From Candidatus Scalindua sp. (lineage in GTDB: Bacteria; Planctomycetota; Brocadiia; Brocadiales; Scalinduaceae), in contig JALDRA010000001.1 in NCBI GenBank assembly GCA_031316235.1, positions 2,010,001-2,042,000 on the forward strand: a stretch of DNA of 32,000 bases, given 5' to 3'. The first letter of the stretch is position 1, and each line of letters opens with the position of its first letter. Under the pieces are notes generated by a model, which did not search any database, was not told the origin of the DNA, and saw only the letters and a list, made by a program, of their open reading frames with translations. Positions 1-8,162 of the stretch are shown piece by piece. The translations under genes were made by a program, and so were the position numbers.

Positions 1-58
1 TAGAGAGCCAGGCAGATTACGGAAACAAAAATAATCATGAAATAAATAAATGCTGAAT

Positions 59-859
59 TTATTTTTGATAGTATCTCATGGCTTCCGGTATTTCAGCTTT
101 TATATTTTTGATACGATTTTGATCTGAGGGGTGAGAACTTAATAACTCTGGAATGTTGGCCGAACCCTTCATGGCAGCCATCCTTTCCCAGAATCCGACA
201 GCGGTGTTGGGATCGTATCCAGCCATGGCCATAAAGATTAATCCTAAATGGTCAGCCTCACTTTCGTGCACTCTGCTGTAAGGCAGCAGGATGCCGTATT
301 GAGTCCCGACACCAAAAGCGTTCATCCACAATTTCTGTGTTACTTCAGGTCTGCTTTGAAGAGTCATGGATATTGCTGCTGTACCAAATTCAGCGATTAA
401 ACCATGGCTCATCCGTTCATCGCCGTGTTTTGCAACAGCATGAGCAATTTCATGTCCCATAACGACAGCTAACCCGCTTTCATCTTTTGTAATTGGTAAT
501 ATACCGGTATAAACGACGACTTTTCCACCCGGCATACACCAGGCGTTTGCCTCGGGATTCTCGATTAAGTTAAATTCCCAGTTGTAATTTTTCAATCTTG
601 ATGACATCTGGTTGTCAGCCATGTACTTCTCGACAGCTTTCTGTATTCTCCCCCCGACAGACTTTACCATATTTATCTGCGCCTGGTTTGTGCTGATCTT
701 ATTTGTTTTCAGGAATTCTTCGTATTGCTGAAAACTTGTTGAAAGCATGGTATCTGAAGGAATAATATCCAGCTGCCTCCGTCCGGTCAACGGCACCGAC
801 GTACAAGATAAAATAAAAAAACACAGTACGATAAAACCAATAAGATTTTTTTTGCTCAC
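59..859 (-). CDS. M48-family zinc metallopeptidase, predicted lipoprotein
   Basis: 266-aa ORF with the HEIAH zinc motif (VMGHEIAHAVAKHG) and a downstream ESEADHLG segment typical of M48 (YcaL/LoiP-like) peptidases. N-terminal signal with lipobox FFILSC. GTG start preceded by AAGGAGA. Confidence 0.85.
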   Translation of the reverse strand: MSKKNLIGFIVLCFFILSCTSVPLTGRRQLDIIPSDTMLSTSFQQYEEFLKTNKISTNQAQINMVKSVGGRIQKAVEKYMADNQMSSRLKNYNWEFNLIENPEANAWCMPGGKVVVYTGILPITKDESGLAVVMGHEIAHAVAKHGDERMSHGLIAEFGTAAISMTLQSRPEVTQKLWMNAFGVGTQYGILLPYSRVHESEADHLGLIFMAMAGYDPNTAVGFWERMAAMKGSANIPELLSSHPSDQNRIKNIKAEIPEAMRYYQK

Positions 860-885
860 GGTTACATTCTCCTTGTCTCTGAATC

Positions 886-1030
886 TATACTAAAACCGAT
901 CAGGTTTCAGGGTTTTCTGGAAACCGGAGCCTGGTTGATGGTATACCCGGACAAAAAGCACCGAGGACCTTACCCGCTCCGGGTTTTTCGGATTTTATCC
1001 GAAAACCATTATAATAAGATGGGTATCATA
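886..1030 (+). repeat. Dispersed structured repeat, copy A (long variant, ~145 nt)
   Basis: Begins TATACTAAAACCGAT and ends ...TCGGATTTTATCCGAAAACCATTATAATAAGATGGGTATCATA. Collinear with copy D (26868-26984) but carries an extra ~28 nt internal segment (CCGGACAAAAAGCACCGAGGACCTTACCCGCTC) that is also recognisable in copy C. Lies 26 nt upstream of the M48 start codon. Confidence 0.7.
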
Positions 1031-1099
1031 TTCATTAATCTTCTAACAACTTATAATTACTTTCTTCTGAATCACCTCAGCAGTCTCGGTTAAAGCGGG

Positions 1100-1215
1100 A
1101 TTATACTCATCTCATAATGGTTTTCGGATAAAATCCGAGAAAAATTTGAGCGAGTATACCTTCACCAAGATTTGGTTTCCGGTAAAACCGAAAACCAAAT
1201 CGGTTTTAGTATATC
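1100..1215 (-). repeat. Dispersed structured repeat, copy B (116 nt), inverted relative to copy A
   Basis: Hand alignment to the reverse complement of copy D (26868-26984) gives 4 mismatches over ~115 nt. Contains hairpin TCGGAT-AAA-ATCCGA and a 14-position (13 Watson-Crick pairs) hairpin GATTTGGTTTCCGG/CCGAAAACCAAATC. Confidence 0.8.
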
Positions 1216-1233
1216 AATAATTCCCATTTCGTC

Positions 1234-1911
1234 TCAATCATGACTTATCCCCTCTAAATTTGCCGCCCGATTAATGTCGGTATCAATCCATTTTGTATCG
1301 ATGAGACTGGCCATGTGAAATACCGAATCGTCTAAGGTGCATCTCTCAAAGCAGCAACGAATAAAAGTTGCCGCCCTGAAAATAACCTTTTGCAGACGGC
1401 AGTCTACAAAATGGGTATCTACAAACACTGACGAGGGGAACCGGACAAAAAAATAATCTTCCTCCTCAAAGCGGCAATCATGCCACCATGAACCGCTGAA
1501 AGAGACCTCGCTGAAACGGGATTGGCGGAGAGTGCAACCGTAAAAGGTAGACAAACCAAAAGAGCTCAGTGTTCCCGCCGCCATCTCAAACGTGCAATCG
1601 GAAAAATGACTTTCAGAAAGAAACGAATTGTTAACCTCTAAATGGTCCCAGTCACAATTCAGATAATGCCCCTTGTCACAAAGAACATGATCAAGGGTAA
1701 AGTGGTGCAGCCGGCAATCTTCTGCTCTGAGGCAGCGGCACCGCCCGTCTTGCAGTTTATATGACTGTACCGTGCTGCCAATCAATCTGCTGCCGGACAA
1801 ATCCTCCTGTCTCAGCTCCTTATCCGTAAGCGTTTTCTGAAGTATAATCTTTTTATTCCCGTTACTGTCCATTTTCTTGCAAAAGAAATCCGGAATGGAG
1901 ATCTTTATCAA
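1234..1911 (-). CDS. Pentapeptide-repeat protein (Cys-rich)
   Basis: Strong 5-residue periodicity with a central F/L, e.g. SFLSE SHFSD CTFEM ... FSEVS FSGSW WHDCR ... FVDTH FVDCR LQKVI FRAAT FIRCC FERCT LDDSV. An alternative start at M14 (1872) is possible. Confidence 0.7.
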   Translation of the reverse strand: MIKISIPDFFCKKMDSNGNKKIILQKTLTDKELRQEDLSGSRLIGSTVQSYKLQDGRCRCLRAEDCRLHHFTLDHVLCDKGHYLNCDWDHLEVNNSFLSESHFSDCTFEMAAGTLSSFGLSTFYGCTLRQSRFSEVSFSGSWWHDCRFEEEDYFFVRFPSSVFVDTHFVDCRLQKVIFRAATFIRCCFERCTLDDSVFHMASLIDTKWIDTDINRAANLEGISHD

Positions 1912-1959
1912 ATATGCTCTTTTTACCTGATCGGAAAATTCCCCGGATTACTCTGAGAG

Positions 1960-3249
1960 TTATGGTCTTTGATCTTTCGGGATATAGGGACGTTCGGAGC
2001 GTCCTGTATATATTTGTCGAGGTCGGTCTATCCGGGATTTAATATTATCCGCTACTTCATGCCAATGTGCAATCCAGCCGGGCAACCGACCGATAGCGAA
2101 AAAAACCGGAAACATATTTTTCGGTACACCGATAGCCCGTAAAATAATGCCGCTGTAAAAATCAACATTAGGATAGAGTTTTCGTTCTATAAAATAAGGA
2201 TCATTCAGTGCGATTGTCTCCAGTTCACGTGCAATGTCCACCAATGGATCTTCTCGTTTTAATACATTAAACACTTTGGTAGATAAACCTTTCAGGATTT
2301 GAGCACGGGGATCAAAATTCTTGTAAACCCGATGCCCGAAACCCATAAGACGAAAACTTCTGTCTTTATCCTTCGCCATTTCAATACATTTCTTAACGTC
2401 CATTTTCCCTTTATGAATCTTTTCAAGCATCTCAACGACAGCCTGGTTGGCTCCTCCGTGCAGAGGTCCCCAAAGTGCCGAAATCCCTGCAGAAATAGCA
2501 GCAAAAAGATTGGCGCCTGATGAAGCAACCATGCGTACGGTAGATGTGCTGCAATTTTGTTCGTGGTCAGCATGGAGTATTAAGATCCTGTCTACAGCAT
2601 GTTTTATATCGTCGTGGACTTCGTAATGCTTATGTGGCAACGAAAACATCATATGCAGGAGGTTTTCTGAATAGGTGTGTTTCGGAATAGGGTAAATAAA
2701 CGGTTCTCCGCGTGTCATCTTATAAGAAAATGCCGCAATGGTACGTATTTGACTGATCAGGATTGCAGCAGCCTTTTCGAGATCTTGCCGCCTGTGCGTC
2801 AGGGTTAAAACGGGATAATAGCAGCTCAAGGCGTTTATCATCGCGGATAGCATTGCCATGGGATGTGAGTTCCAGGGAAATCCTTCAAAGTGGTGTTTCA
2901 GGTTCTCATGAAGGAGTGCATTATCGGTCAAGAGAGCGGTGAATCGCTCTCTCCTCTCTCTTGGTGCGAGGTCTCCGTTTATTAAGAGGTCGGCAACTTC
3001 TATGAAATTACTCTTTTCAGCTAACTGCTCTATGGGAATACCGCGATAACGCAGTATTCCTTTTTCACCATTGAGGTAGGTTATGCTGCTTTCGCATGAA
3101 CCGGTATTGACATAACCGGGATCAAGGGTGATATAACCGGTCTCAGAGCGTAAATTAGCAATGTCTATGCCTCGTTCCTGTTCTGTGCCCTCAATTACGG
3201 GTAGGCAAATTTCTTTATTATTATCAAATTTTAATGTTACGTTTTCCAT
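1960..3249 (-). CDS. gltA: Citrate synthase
   Basis: 429 aa with full-length citrate synthase hallmarks (GPLHGGAN, MGFGHRVYKNFDPRA, NVDFYSG). Confidence 0.95.
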   Translation of the reverse strand: MENVTLKFDNNKEICLPVIEGTEQERGIDIANLRSETGYITLDPGYVNTGSCESSITYLNGEKGILRYRGIPIEQLAEKSNFIEVADLLINGDLAPRERRERFTALLTDNALLHENLKHHFEGFPWNSHPMAMLSAMINALSCYYPVLTLTHRRQDLEKAAAILISQIRTIAAFSYKMTRGEPFIYPIPKHTYSENLLHMMFSLPHKHYEVHDDIKHAVDRILILHADHEQNCSTSTVRMVASSGANLFAAISAGISALWGPLHGGANQAVVEMLEKIHKGKMDVKKCIEMAKDKDRSFRLMGFGHRVYKNFDPRAQILKGLSTKVFNVLKREDPLVDIARELETIALNDPYFIERKLYPNVDFYSGIILRAIGVPKNMFPVFFAIGRLPGWIAHWHEVADNIKSRIDRPRQIYTGRSERPYIPKDQRP

Positions 3250-3819
3250 GATTTTGTTTTTCCTGTTACTTCAAAATATGTTTGAGCTCATCATAAAACC
3301 CTGTTCTGCGAAATGGGGAAAAGCATGATTTTTTTACTATACAGGCAATTACCTAATCTTACACACTCTACTCCACGAGGATGATAAATCAAAAAATGCT
3401 AAATATCAAGATCTTTTTAGGTTAAATTCCGACTGGTTTTGCAATCCAATATCTGCTCGCAAGAAAACAGTAAGTCTCTATTTTGTTGATGTTTATGGCG
3501 GAACCAGCCATGCTCACAGGGCTGCCGTGTGAAGCACGAAATCATTTTAACGGGAGCTTTTTATAAAAAATACTGGATAAATAGAGGGAAAAAAATTAGA
3601 ATCAGGCATATTTCGATCCTGATTTTGTGCGTAAGCGCACCAGCCTGAGCGAGCCGGAGGGGCGGGTGTACTCAAAAGAATATGGAGCAACTAGCGGGAA
3701 TTAGTTGAAGCCATCGTGAAAGAGCTGTGCCAGTTACCTCCGTACTGAGGGTACGGGAGGGAGAGATGGGCGCGCGGGCCGGCAGGATACACTAACTCAA
3801 CCAGAGAGAAATTTGAAAG

Positions 3820-5193
3820 ATGAAAAACCACGTAATTATTGGAAATGGTGTTGCGGGAATAAAAGCAGCAGAAACAATCAGAAGGAATGATAGTGATTGT
3901 AAGATTACCGTTGTAGGAGATGAAGTTTATCCTTTCTATCGCAGGCCGCAGCTGCCGGAGTTTGTTTCAGGGAAAATAGCGGAAGAGAGGTTGTGGGGGA
4001 AAAAGAGCGAATTTTATGAAAAGAACAAAATAACTTCTCTGCTGGGTAAAAAGGTAACCCGGATAAGGCCTGATGAAAATCAGATTACCCTTGCAGACGG
4101 GACATCCATTGACTACAGCACTCTTCTGATAGCTACCGGCGGCTCAATCACAAGCAGAAAATACCACGGAAGCGATTTAAATGGAGGCTCTGTAGCATTG
4201 AAGACGATTAATGATGCGAAAAATATCAGGGAAAAGATCAAGTCTGCAGAGAGTGCTGTTGTTGTAGGCGAGGATTTTTTGACGCTGTCCTTGATTGAGG
4301 CCCTGCAAAGCAGCGGTATTAAAGTAACATATCTGTTGCCGGGGGACAGGCTTTGGCCGGAAATAATGGACAAAGATGCATCTTATATTCTCGAACTCAA
4401 GTTGAAGCAGAAGGGTATCAAGATACTCCATCAAACAGATATTAAAGAAATCGTTATTAAGAACAGGTCCGTTCAGGGTATAATTTCTACTGCTGATATA
4501 CTCATCGACTGTCAGATCCTCGGCATTGTAGATAAATTACAGCCAAATATCGATTTCCTGGTTGATAGCGGTGTGAAAACGGACAACGGTATCCTGGTAA
4601 ACAGTAAGATGCTTACCTCTGTTGATAACATATATGCCGCGGGAGATGTCACACAGTTGCTAGCTGAAGCGAGCGACGCATCCCCGAAGATTAATGTCCG
4701 GTGGCTGAAGGCCTGGAGACAGGGGCAGATTGCCGGTGCGAATATGGCAGGCAAAGAGACTGAATATGACGATGTTGCGTGCGTCAGCTCAACACAGGTA
4801 TGTGGTGTTGACCTGATATCAATCGGGGTGTCAAATCCGTTAAATGGCGGGTACAAGATAATGAGAGGCGATTATCCGCATCCTGAAATTGACGTGTATA
4901 AGAAGCTTGTTCTGAAAAATGATGTAGTGGTAGGCGCACTGTTTGTCGGGAGCGTGCTTGAGGCAGGGGAGATTACCAACGCTATAAAAAACAGAAAAAC
5001 CTATTCTGAGATCGATGCAACCCTTTTGAAACAGATGTTTGACCTTAATTACCGGGTTAGTCCATTTCATGGTTTTTTGTGTCCCGTATGCAAGCTGGAA
5101 CTCCCCATTTCACAGGATGCGAAGGTGGGAGACAAAATTACGTGTCCTGCATGCGGCATCGAACTGACCGTGACGCAAGCGATGCTCGGATAA
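3820..5193 (+). CDS. FAD-dependent pyridine nucleotide-disulfide oxidoreductase (rubredoxin-reductase-like) with C-terminal LysW-like zinc ribbon
   Basis: N-terminal GxGxxG (VIIGNGVAGIKAA), ATGG and AAGDV motifs of class I/II flavoprotein reductases. C-terminal CPVC...x17...CPAC ribbon (CPVCKLELPISQDAKVGDKITCPACGIELTV). Confidence 0.8.
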   Translation: MKNHVIIGNGVAGIKAAETIRRNDSDCKITVVGDEVYPFYRRPQLPEFVSGKIAEERLWGKKSEFYEKNKITSLLGKKVTRIRPDENQITLADGTSIDYSTLLIATGGSITSRKYHGSDLNGGSVALKTINDAKNIREKIKSAESAVVVGEDFLTLSLIEALQSSGIKVTYLLPGDRLWPEIMDKDASYILELKLKQKGIKILHQTDIKEIVIKNRSVQGIISTADILIDCQILGIVDKLQPNIDFLVDSGVKTDNGILVNSKMLTSVDNIYAAGDVTQLLAEASDASPKINVRWLKAWRQGQIAGANMAGKETEYDDVACVSSTQVCGVDLISIGVSNPLNGGYKIMRGDYPHPEIDVYKKLVLKNDVVVGALFVGSVLEAGEITNAIKNRKTYSEIDATLLKQMFDLNYRVSPFHGFLCPVCKLELPISQDAKVGDKITCPACGIELTVTQAMLG

Positions 5194-5280
5194 GTTGTAC
5201 CTGATTTTCAAAGAATCTTTCACTGCACGTATAGGGTAATTTATCATCTGTCCTTGGTAGTTTTATAAAGAAAACCGATT

Positions 5281-5514
5281 ATGAATAGTTGGAAATGCAG
5301 CAACTGCAGCTTTCAGTTTGATGCTATGGAGCCATATGAAACGTGTCCTTCCTGCGGCAGGGAGTGTGAGTTTGTCGATGTTACAAATTACGTTCCTAAA
5401 ATGGATAGAACAGGAAGAAAATGTACGTGTGATGTATGTGGAACGGAGGTTACGGTGACAAATGATTGTGGCGGATTCCTCAAATGTTGCGATCAGCTCA
5501 TGGTATTAAAGTGA
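5281..5514 (+). CDS. Small Cys-rich metalloprotein: rubrerythrin-type rubredoxin knuckle plus desulforedoxin-like domain
   Basis: 77 aa. N-terminal WKCSNCSFQF...x...CPSCGRECEFVDV resembles the Cys4 rubredoxin-like domain of rubrerythrins. C-terminal KCTCDVCGTEVTVTNDCGGFLKCCDQLMVL follows the desulforedoxin pattern CxxCG...V.V....GG.L.CC...M. Confidence 0.6.
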   Translation: MNSWKCSNCSFQFDAMEPYETCPSCGRECEFVDVTNYVPKMDRTGRKCTCDVCGTEVTVTNDCGGFLKCCDQLMVLK

Positions 5515-5981
5515 TGAAAAGCATGCAGAACGAGAGCATAGAAAAAATCTTAAAAAAAGCAGCGAGCAAGGAAAACGGAACGTACTTGCTTTACAAAAAG
5601 GCTGCGGAGAGTGTGAAGGATGTATATACAAAAGACATCTTGCGTAAGTTCGCCGAAGAAGAGCTGCAGCACAAACAGATCATCGAGAATTTTAATACGG
5701 AAATGTTAGGGAGTTTTGAGATAAAAATTGATGAAACATCCCGCAAGGGAGTTTCAGAATTCCTTGATGATACAGATGAGGGGCTTACCAGGGATTCAGA
5801 TGTTCAGGACGTACTTCTTTATGCCGCAAAAAGAGAAAAAAAGGCCTTCCATTTTTATGATAATATGTCGAAATTGGTTGCAGATAAAGAGTTAAAAAAA
5901 ATGTTTGCCTGGCTGGCACAGGAAGAGCTAAAGCACAAAGAAGACATTGAGGCCCTTTTTTGGGAAGTAATGTATCGTTAA
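5514..5981 (+). CDS. Rubrerythrin-family ferritin-like diiron protein (no rubredoxin domain)
   Basis: Two ExxH diiron motifs (EEELQHKQIIE and QEELKHKEDIE) plus helix glutamates (SKENGTY, KREKKAFHFY). I place the start at ATG 5514, overlapping the upstream TGA as TGATG, rather than at the track start 5466. Confidence 0.75.
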   Translation: MKSMQNESIEKILKKAASKENGTYLLYKKAAESVKDVYTKDILRKFAEEELQHKQIIENFNTEMLGSFEIKIDETSRKGVSEFLDDTDEGLTRDSDVQDVLLYAAKREKKAFHFYDNMSKLVADKELKKMFAWLAQEELKHKEDIEALFWEVMYR

Positions 5982-6006
5982 ATAGTGGCTGAGAGAAAAG
6001 GTGTTC

Positions 6007-6582
6007 CTATAATCCCAACAGTCCCTTTTGGATATTTGACACCTCCCATCCGTGGAAGTTTAATTCAAATTGTTTCTTTTCTACATGACATTTCAAACAT
6101 TTTTTTGAATCATTCTCCGCCCATTCCTGCAGTATCATGGCTGTCTTGGCGGTTTTACCACTGCTCGTAAGCAGAGATTTTCCCCCGTGACAGAAACCAC
6201 ACTCAACACCCATAATTTCGGATAATTCAAACATTTTATCTGCTATCTCTTTTTTCTCAGTAAACTGTTTTTTCCCATTATGGCAATAGCTGCACTTTGT
6301 GCCGATTGAGACAGAAGCAGCCATCATTTTCTTTGACTTCTCACCATTTTCAGTAAACGTTGTTGCCGTGTCATTGTGGCAGAATGAGCACTCTTCTCCC
6401 AGGGAAGAGGCAACTTCTTTACTGCACTGCCGACCCCTCTCTTCACGGCTCCCTTGCAGATATTTATTTTGTAATAGGTCTGGTGCGGGAAGTTCCAACT
6501 GATCAGCATCCAGCGCTCCTATCCAGAGAGCGCTAAAAAAGGTAAAGATTGCGAAATTAGATTTTTTTATATATTTTCCCAT
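6007..6582 (-). CDS. Secreted tetrahaem c-type cytochrome
   Basis: Four CxxCH motifs (CSFCH, CSYCH, CGFCH, CLKCH) and an N-terminal signal peptide. The spacing resembles reaction-centre-type tetrahaem cytochromes. Confidence 0.8.
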   Translation of the reverse strand: MGKYIKKSNFAIFTFFSALWIGALDADQLELPAPDLLQNKYLQGSREERGRQCSKEVASSLGEECSFCHNDTATTFTENGEKSKKMMAASVSIGTKCSYCHNGKKQFTEKKEIADKMFELSEIMGVECGFCHGGKSLLTSSGKTAKTAMILQEWAENDSKKCLKCHVEKKQFELNFHGWEVSNIQKGLLGL

Positions 6583-6597
6583 AAGAATACATTTCCT

Positions 6598-7188
6598 TCA
6601 TTGGTCATTTCCCAAAGACAAGCCAAGATCAAAGGCCTCCTCCATTTCATTGGGGTGGGTAAGGATATCATCCTTTTTTTCCATCCCCTGATACAGCAGC
6701 TCTCCGGTATATTCAATTTCAAGTACGTGAAAAATGGCCTTGATTGTTGCAAGGGAGCCGTCGAAAACTTTTTCATTGCCTAGAGAACCGGAGGTAGAGA
6801 TAAAGAACCCTTTCCTCGCAGGTTTTCCGGGACTGATGAGAGGTTGATTAAGGAGATATTTTTTTGACCACAAAGACTGACATCGATCAATAAAGGCCTT
6901 TAGCTGGGCGCTAACGCCACTGAAATAAACGGGCGAAGCAAAAACGATAAAACGCGCATCTGCCAGCTTTTTATACATTACCTGCATATCGTCCTCAATC
7001 ACACACTCCCCATCCTTTTGACACAGATCGCATGATGTACATGGCGATACATTAAGGTTGCAGAGTATAATGAGTTCTGTTTCAAGGCCGTTCTTCCCGG
7101 CGCCGCGCAGAAACTCTTTCAACAGTGTCTCTGTATTCCCATTTCTCCTTGGGCTGCCTGCTATTCCTAGTACTTTATCCATCTTCAT
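6598..7188 (-). CDS. Iron-sulfur flavoprotein / NADPH-dependent FMN reductase family protein
   Basis: GIAGSPRRNGNT flavodoxin-like phosphate loop and Cys cluster CTSCDLCQKDGEC typical of Isf-type flavoproteins. Start trimmed to M24/M26 (7188/7182) of the track ORF. Confidence 0.8.
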   Translation of the reverse strand: MKMDKVLGIAGSPRRNGNTETLLKEFLRGAGKNGLETELIILCNLNVSPCTSCDLCQKDGECVIEDDMQVMYKKLADARFIVFASPVYFSGVSAQLKAFIDRCQSLWSKKYLLNQPLISPGKPARKGFFISTSGSLGNEKVFDGSLATIKAIFHVLEIEYTGELLYQGMEKKDDILTHPNEMEEAFDLGLSLGNDQ

Positions 7189-7253
7189 GACACAAAAAAT
7201 TTTCAACACATACCTCAACAACGGGAAGCGTGAAAATCGCCGGCCATCTCTCT

Positions 7254-7895
7254 TCACTCAAGAAAGTGAATCCTGTCATCGAGAGGAATTCCGTATGAAA
7301 TTGCACCCAGGATATCACCAAGCTTTTTGTCCGGGTGGCAAAAGGTACAGCCTTCCATATTTGCAGACAGGATCGTGGCTGCCCGTAAATAATTTATGCC
7401 TTCTATCTTCTCTATTTTTTCGAAATATGATTTGCCGGAGATCATTGCCTCGATTGCTTCTCTTTCAAATTCGTCTCTGGGGTTATTATCCGGGTTATAG
7501 GGAGAACCTGTTGCATCAAGTAGCCTCGCCTTGTGCCATCCCTTCCTGCTCATCACGGTAAAAACCCTTTTTGAGAGGGTCGCAGCAGCCAACACCGAGG
7601 GGTCGTTCACATATTCTGCAGTAATTAAGACAATAAAGGTCTTATACAAGTCATCAAGCATTCGCACAGTCTTTCTCGCACGATCGAGCTTTTCACTCAA
7701 TATTGCTTTAGAGAGATCAATCATTGCCTTATCTATCGATAGCTCTTTATCTACACCCGGCTCATCCACCCCCTCTGCTGCGGTAGCGGCATAAGTAACA
7801 AACAGAGCTATCAGTAAAACTTGTAATATCTTCAAGCGCGCGGTCTCTCTTTTTTTTGGGAAAGATTTAACAATATGTGAAAAATCGCATCGCAT
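7254..7895 (-). CDS. DUF3365-type haem-c protein (secreted)
   Basis: Signal-like N-terminus and a single CxxCH near the C-terminus (MEGCTFCHPDKKLGDILGAISYGIPLD), as in DUF3365 domains found at the N-termini of sensor kinases. Confidence 0.65.
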   Translation of the reverse strand: MRCDFSHIVKSFPKKRETARLKILQVLLIALFVTYAATAAEGVDEPGVDKELSIDKAMIDLSKAILSEKLDRARKTVRMLDDLYKTFIVLITAEYVNDPSVLAAATLSKRVFTVMSRKGWHKARLLDATGSPYNPDNNPRDEFEREAIEAMISGKSYFEKIEKIEGINYLRAATILSANMEGCTFCHPDKKLGDILGAISYGIPLDDRIHFLE

Positions 7896-7945
7896 ACATC
7901 TGTATGGCTATGGTATCGAAAACGAACGAAGGACCGTAGGAATAT

Positions 7946-7973
7946 ATGATATAATCTGCGAATAGATATGCAA
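7946..7973 (-). promoter_or_regulatory. Possible sigma-70-type promoter for the DUF3365 operon
   Basis: Minus strand reads TTGCAT - 16 nt - TATCAT, about 50 nt upstream of ATG 7895. Pattern match only. Confidence 0.3.
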
Positions 7974-8162
7974 GGAAAATTTAAAGTAACATTTTGCATA
8001 TAGTGCTCGGGAAAACAGAAGAGAATACTGCAGTCTTTGGTTCTTTTTCCATGACGAGTTTAAGTCTTGACATACGTCCACTCGATAGAATACACTATGA
8101 TGACTTACAGAATATTTCTACTATACAACAACTTATGGAAGTTTCGAGGTATTAACGCTGTC

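Noticed and set aside
2292-2573. Track ORFs nested in or antisense to strong genes. Examples: 2292..2573-, 2299..2520+, 4113..4373-, 4177..4434-, 4512..4856-, 4840..5070-, 5985..6170+, 6299..6502+, 7058..7561+, 7531..7794+, 8623..9061-, 9180..9906, 9842..10351-, 10641..11117+, 11704..12286+, 12609..13603-, 13968..14607+, 15505..15784, 16681..17036+, 17399..18471, 18684..19922, 21359..21565+, 23726..24025-, 24936..25133-, 25460..25780-, 27670..28083, 29082..29506, 30048..31317+.
   Set aside because: Each lies inside a longer ORF on another frame or strand that has clear family motifs. Their translations are low-complexity or biased (shadow ORFs of an AT-rich genome), with no recognisable motifs or RBS.
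3714-3733. TGGCAC-N5-TTTCA on the minus strand as a sigma-54 promoter for gltA
   Set aside because: The essential -12 GC is TC, and the site is ~470 nt from the gltA start.
5466-5513. Upstream extension of the erythrin ORF overlapping the 77-aa gene by 49 nt
   Set aside because: The ATG at 5514 gives the classic TGATG coupling and a protein that begins just before the first ferritin-like helix. The extension has no homology signal.
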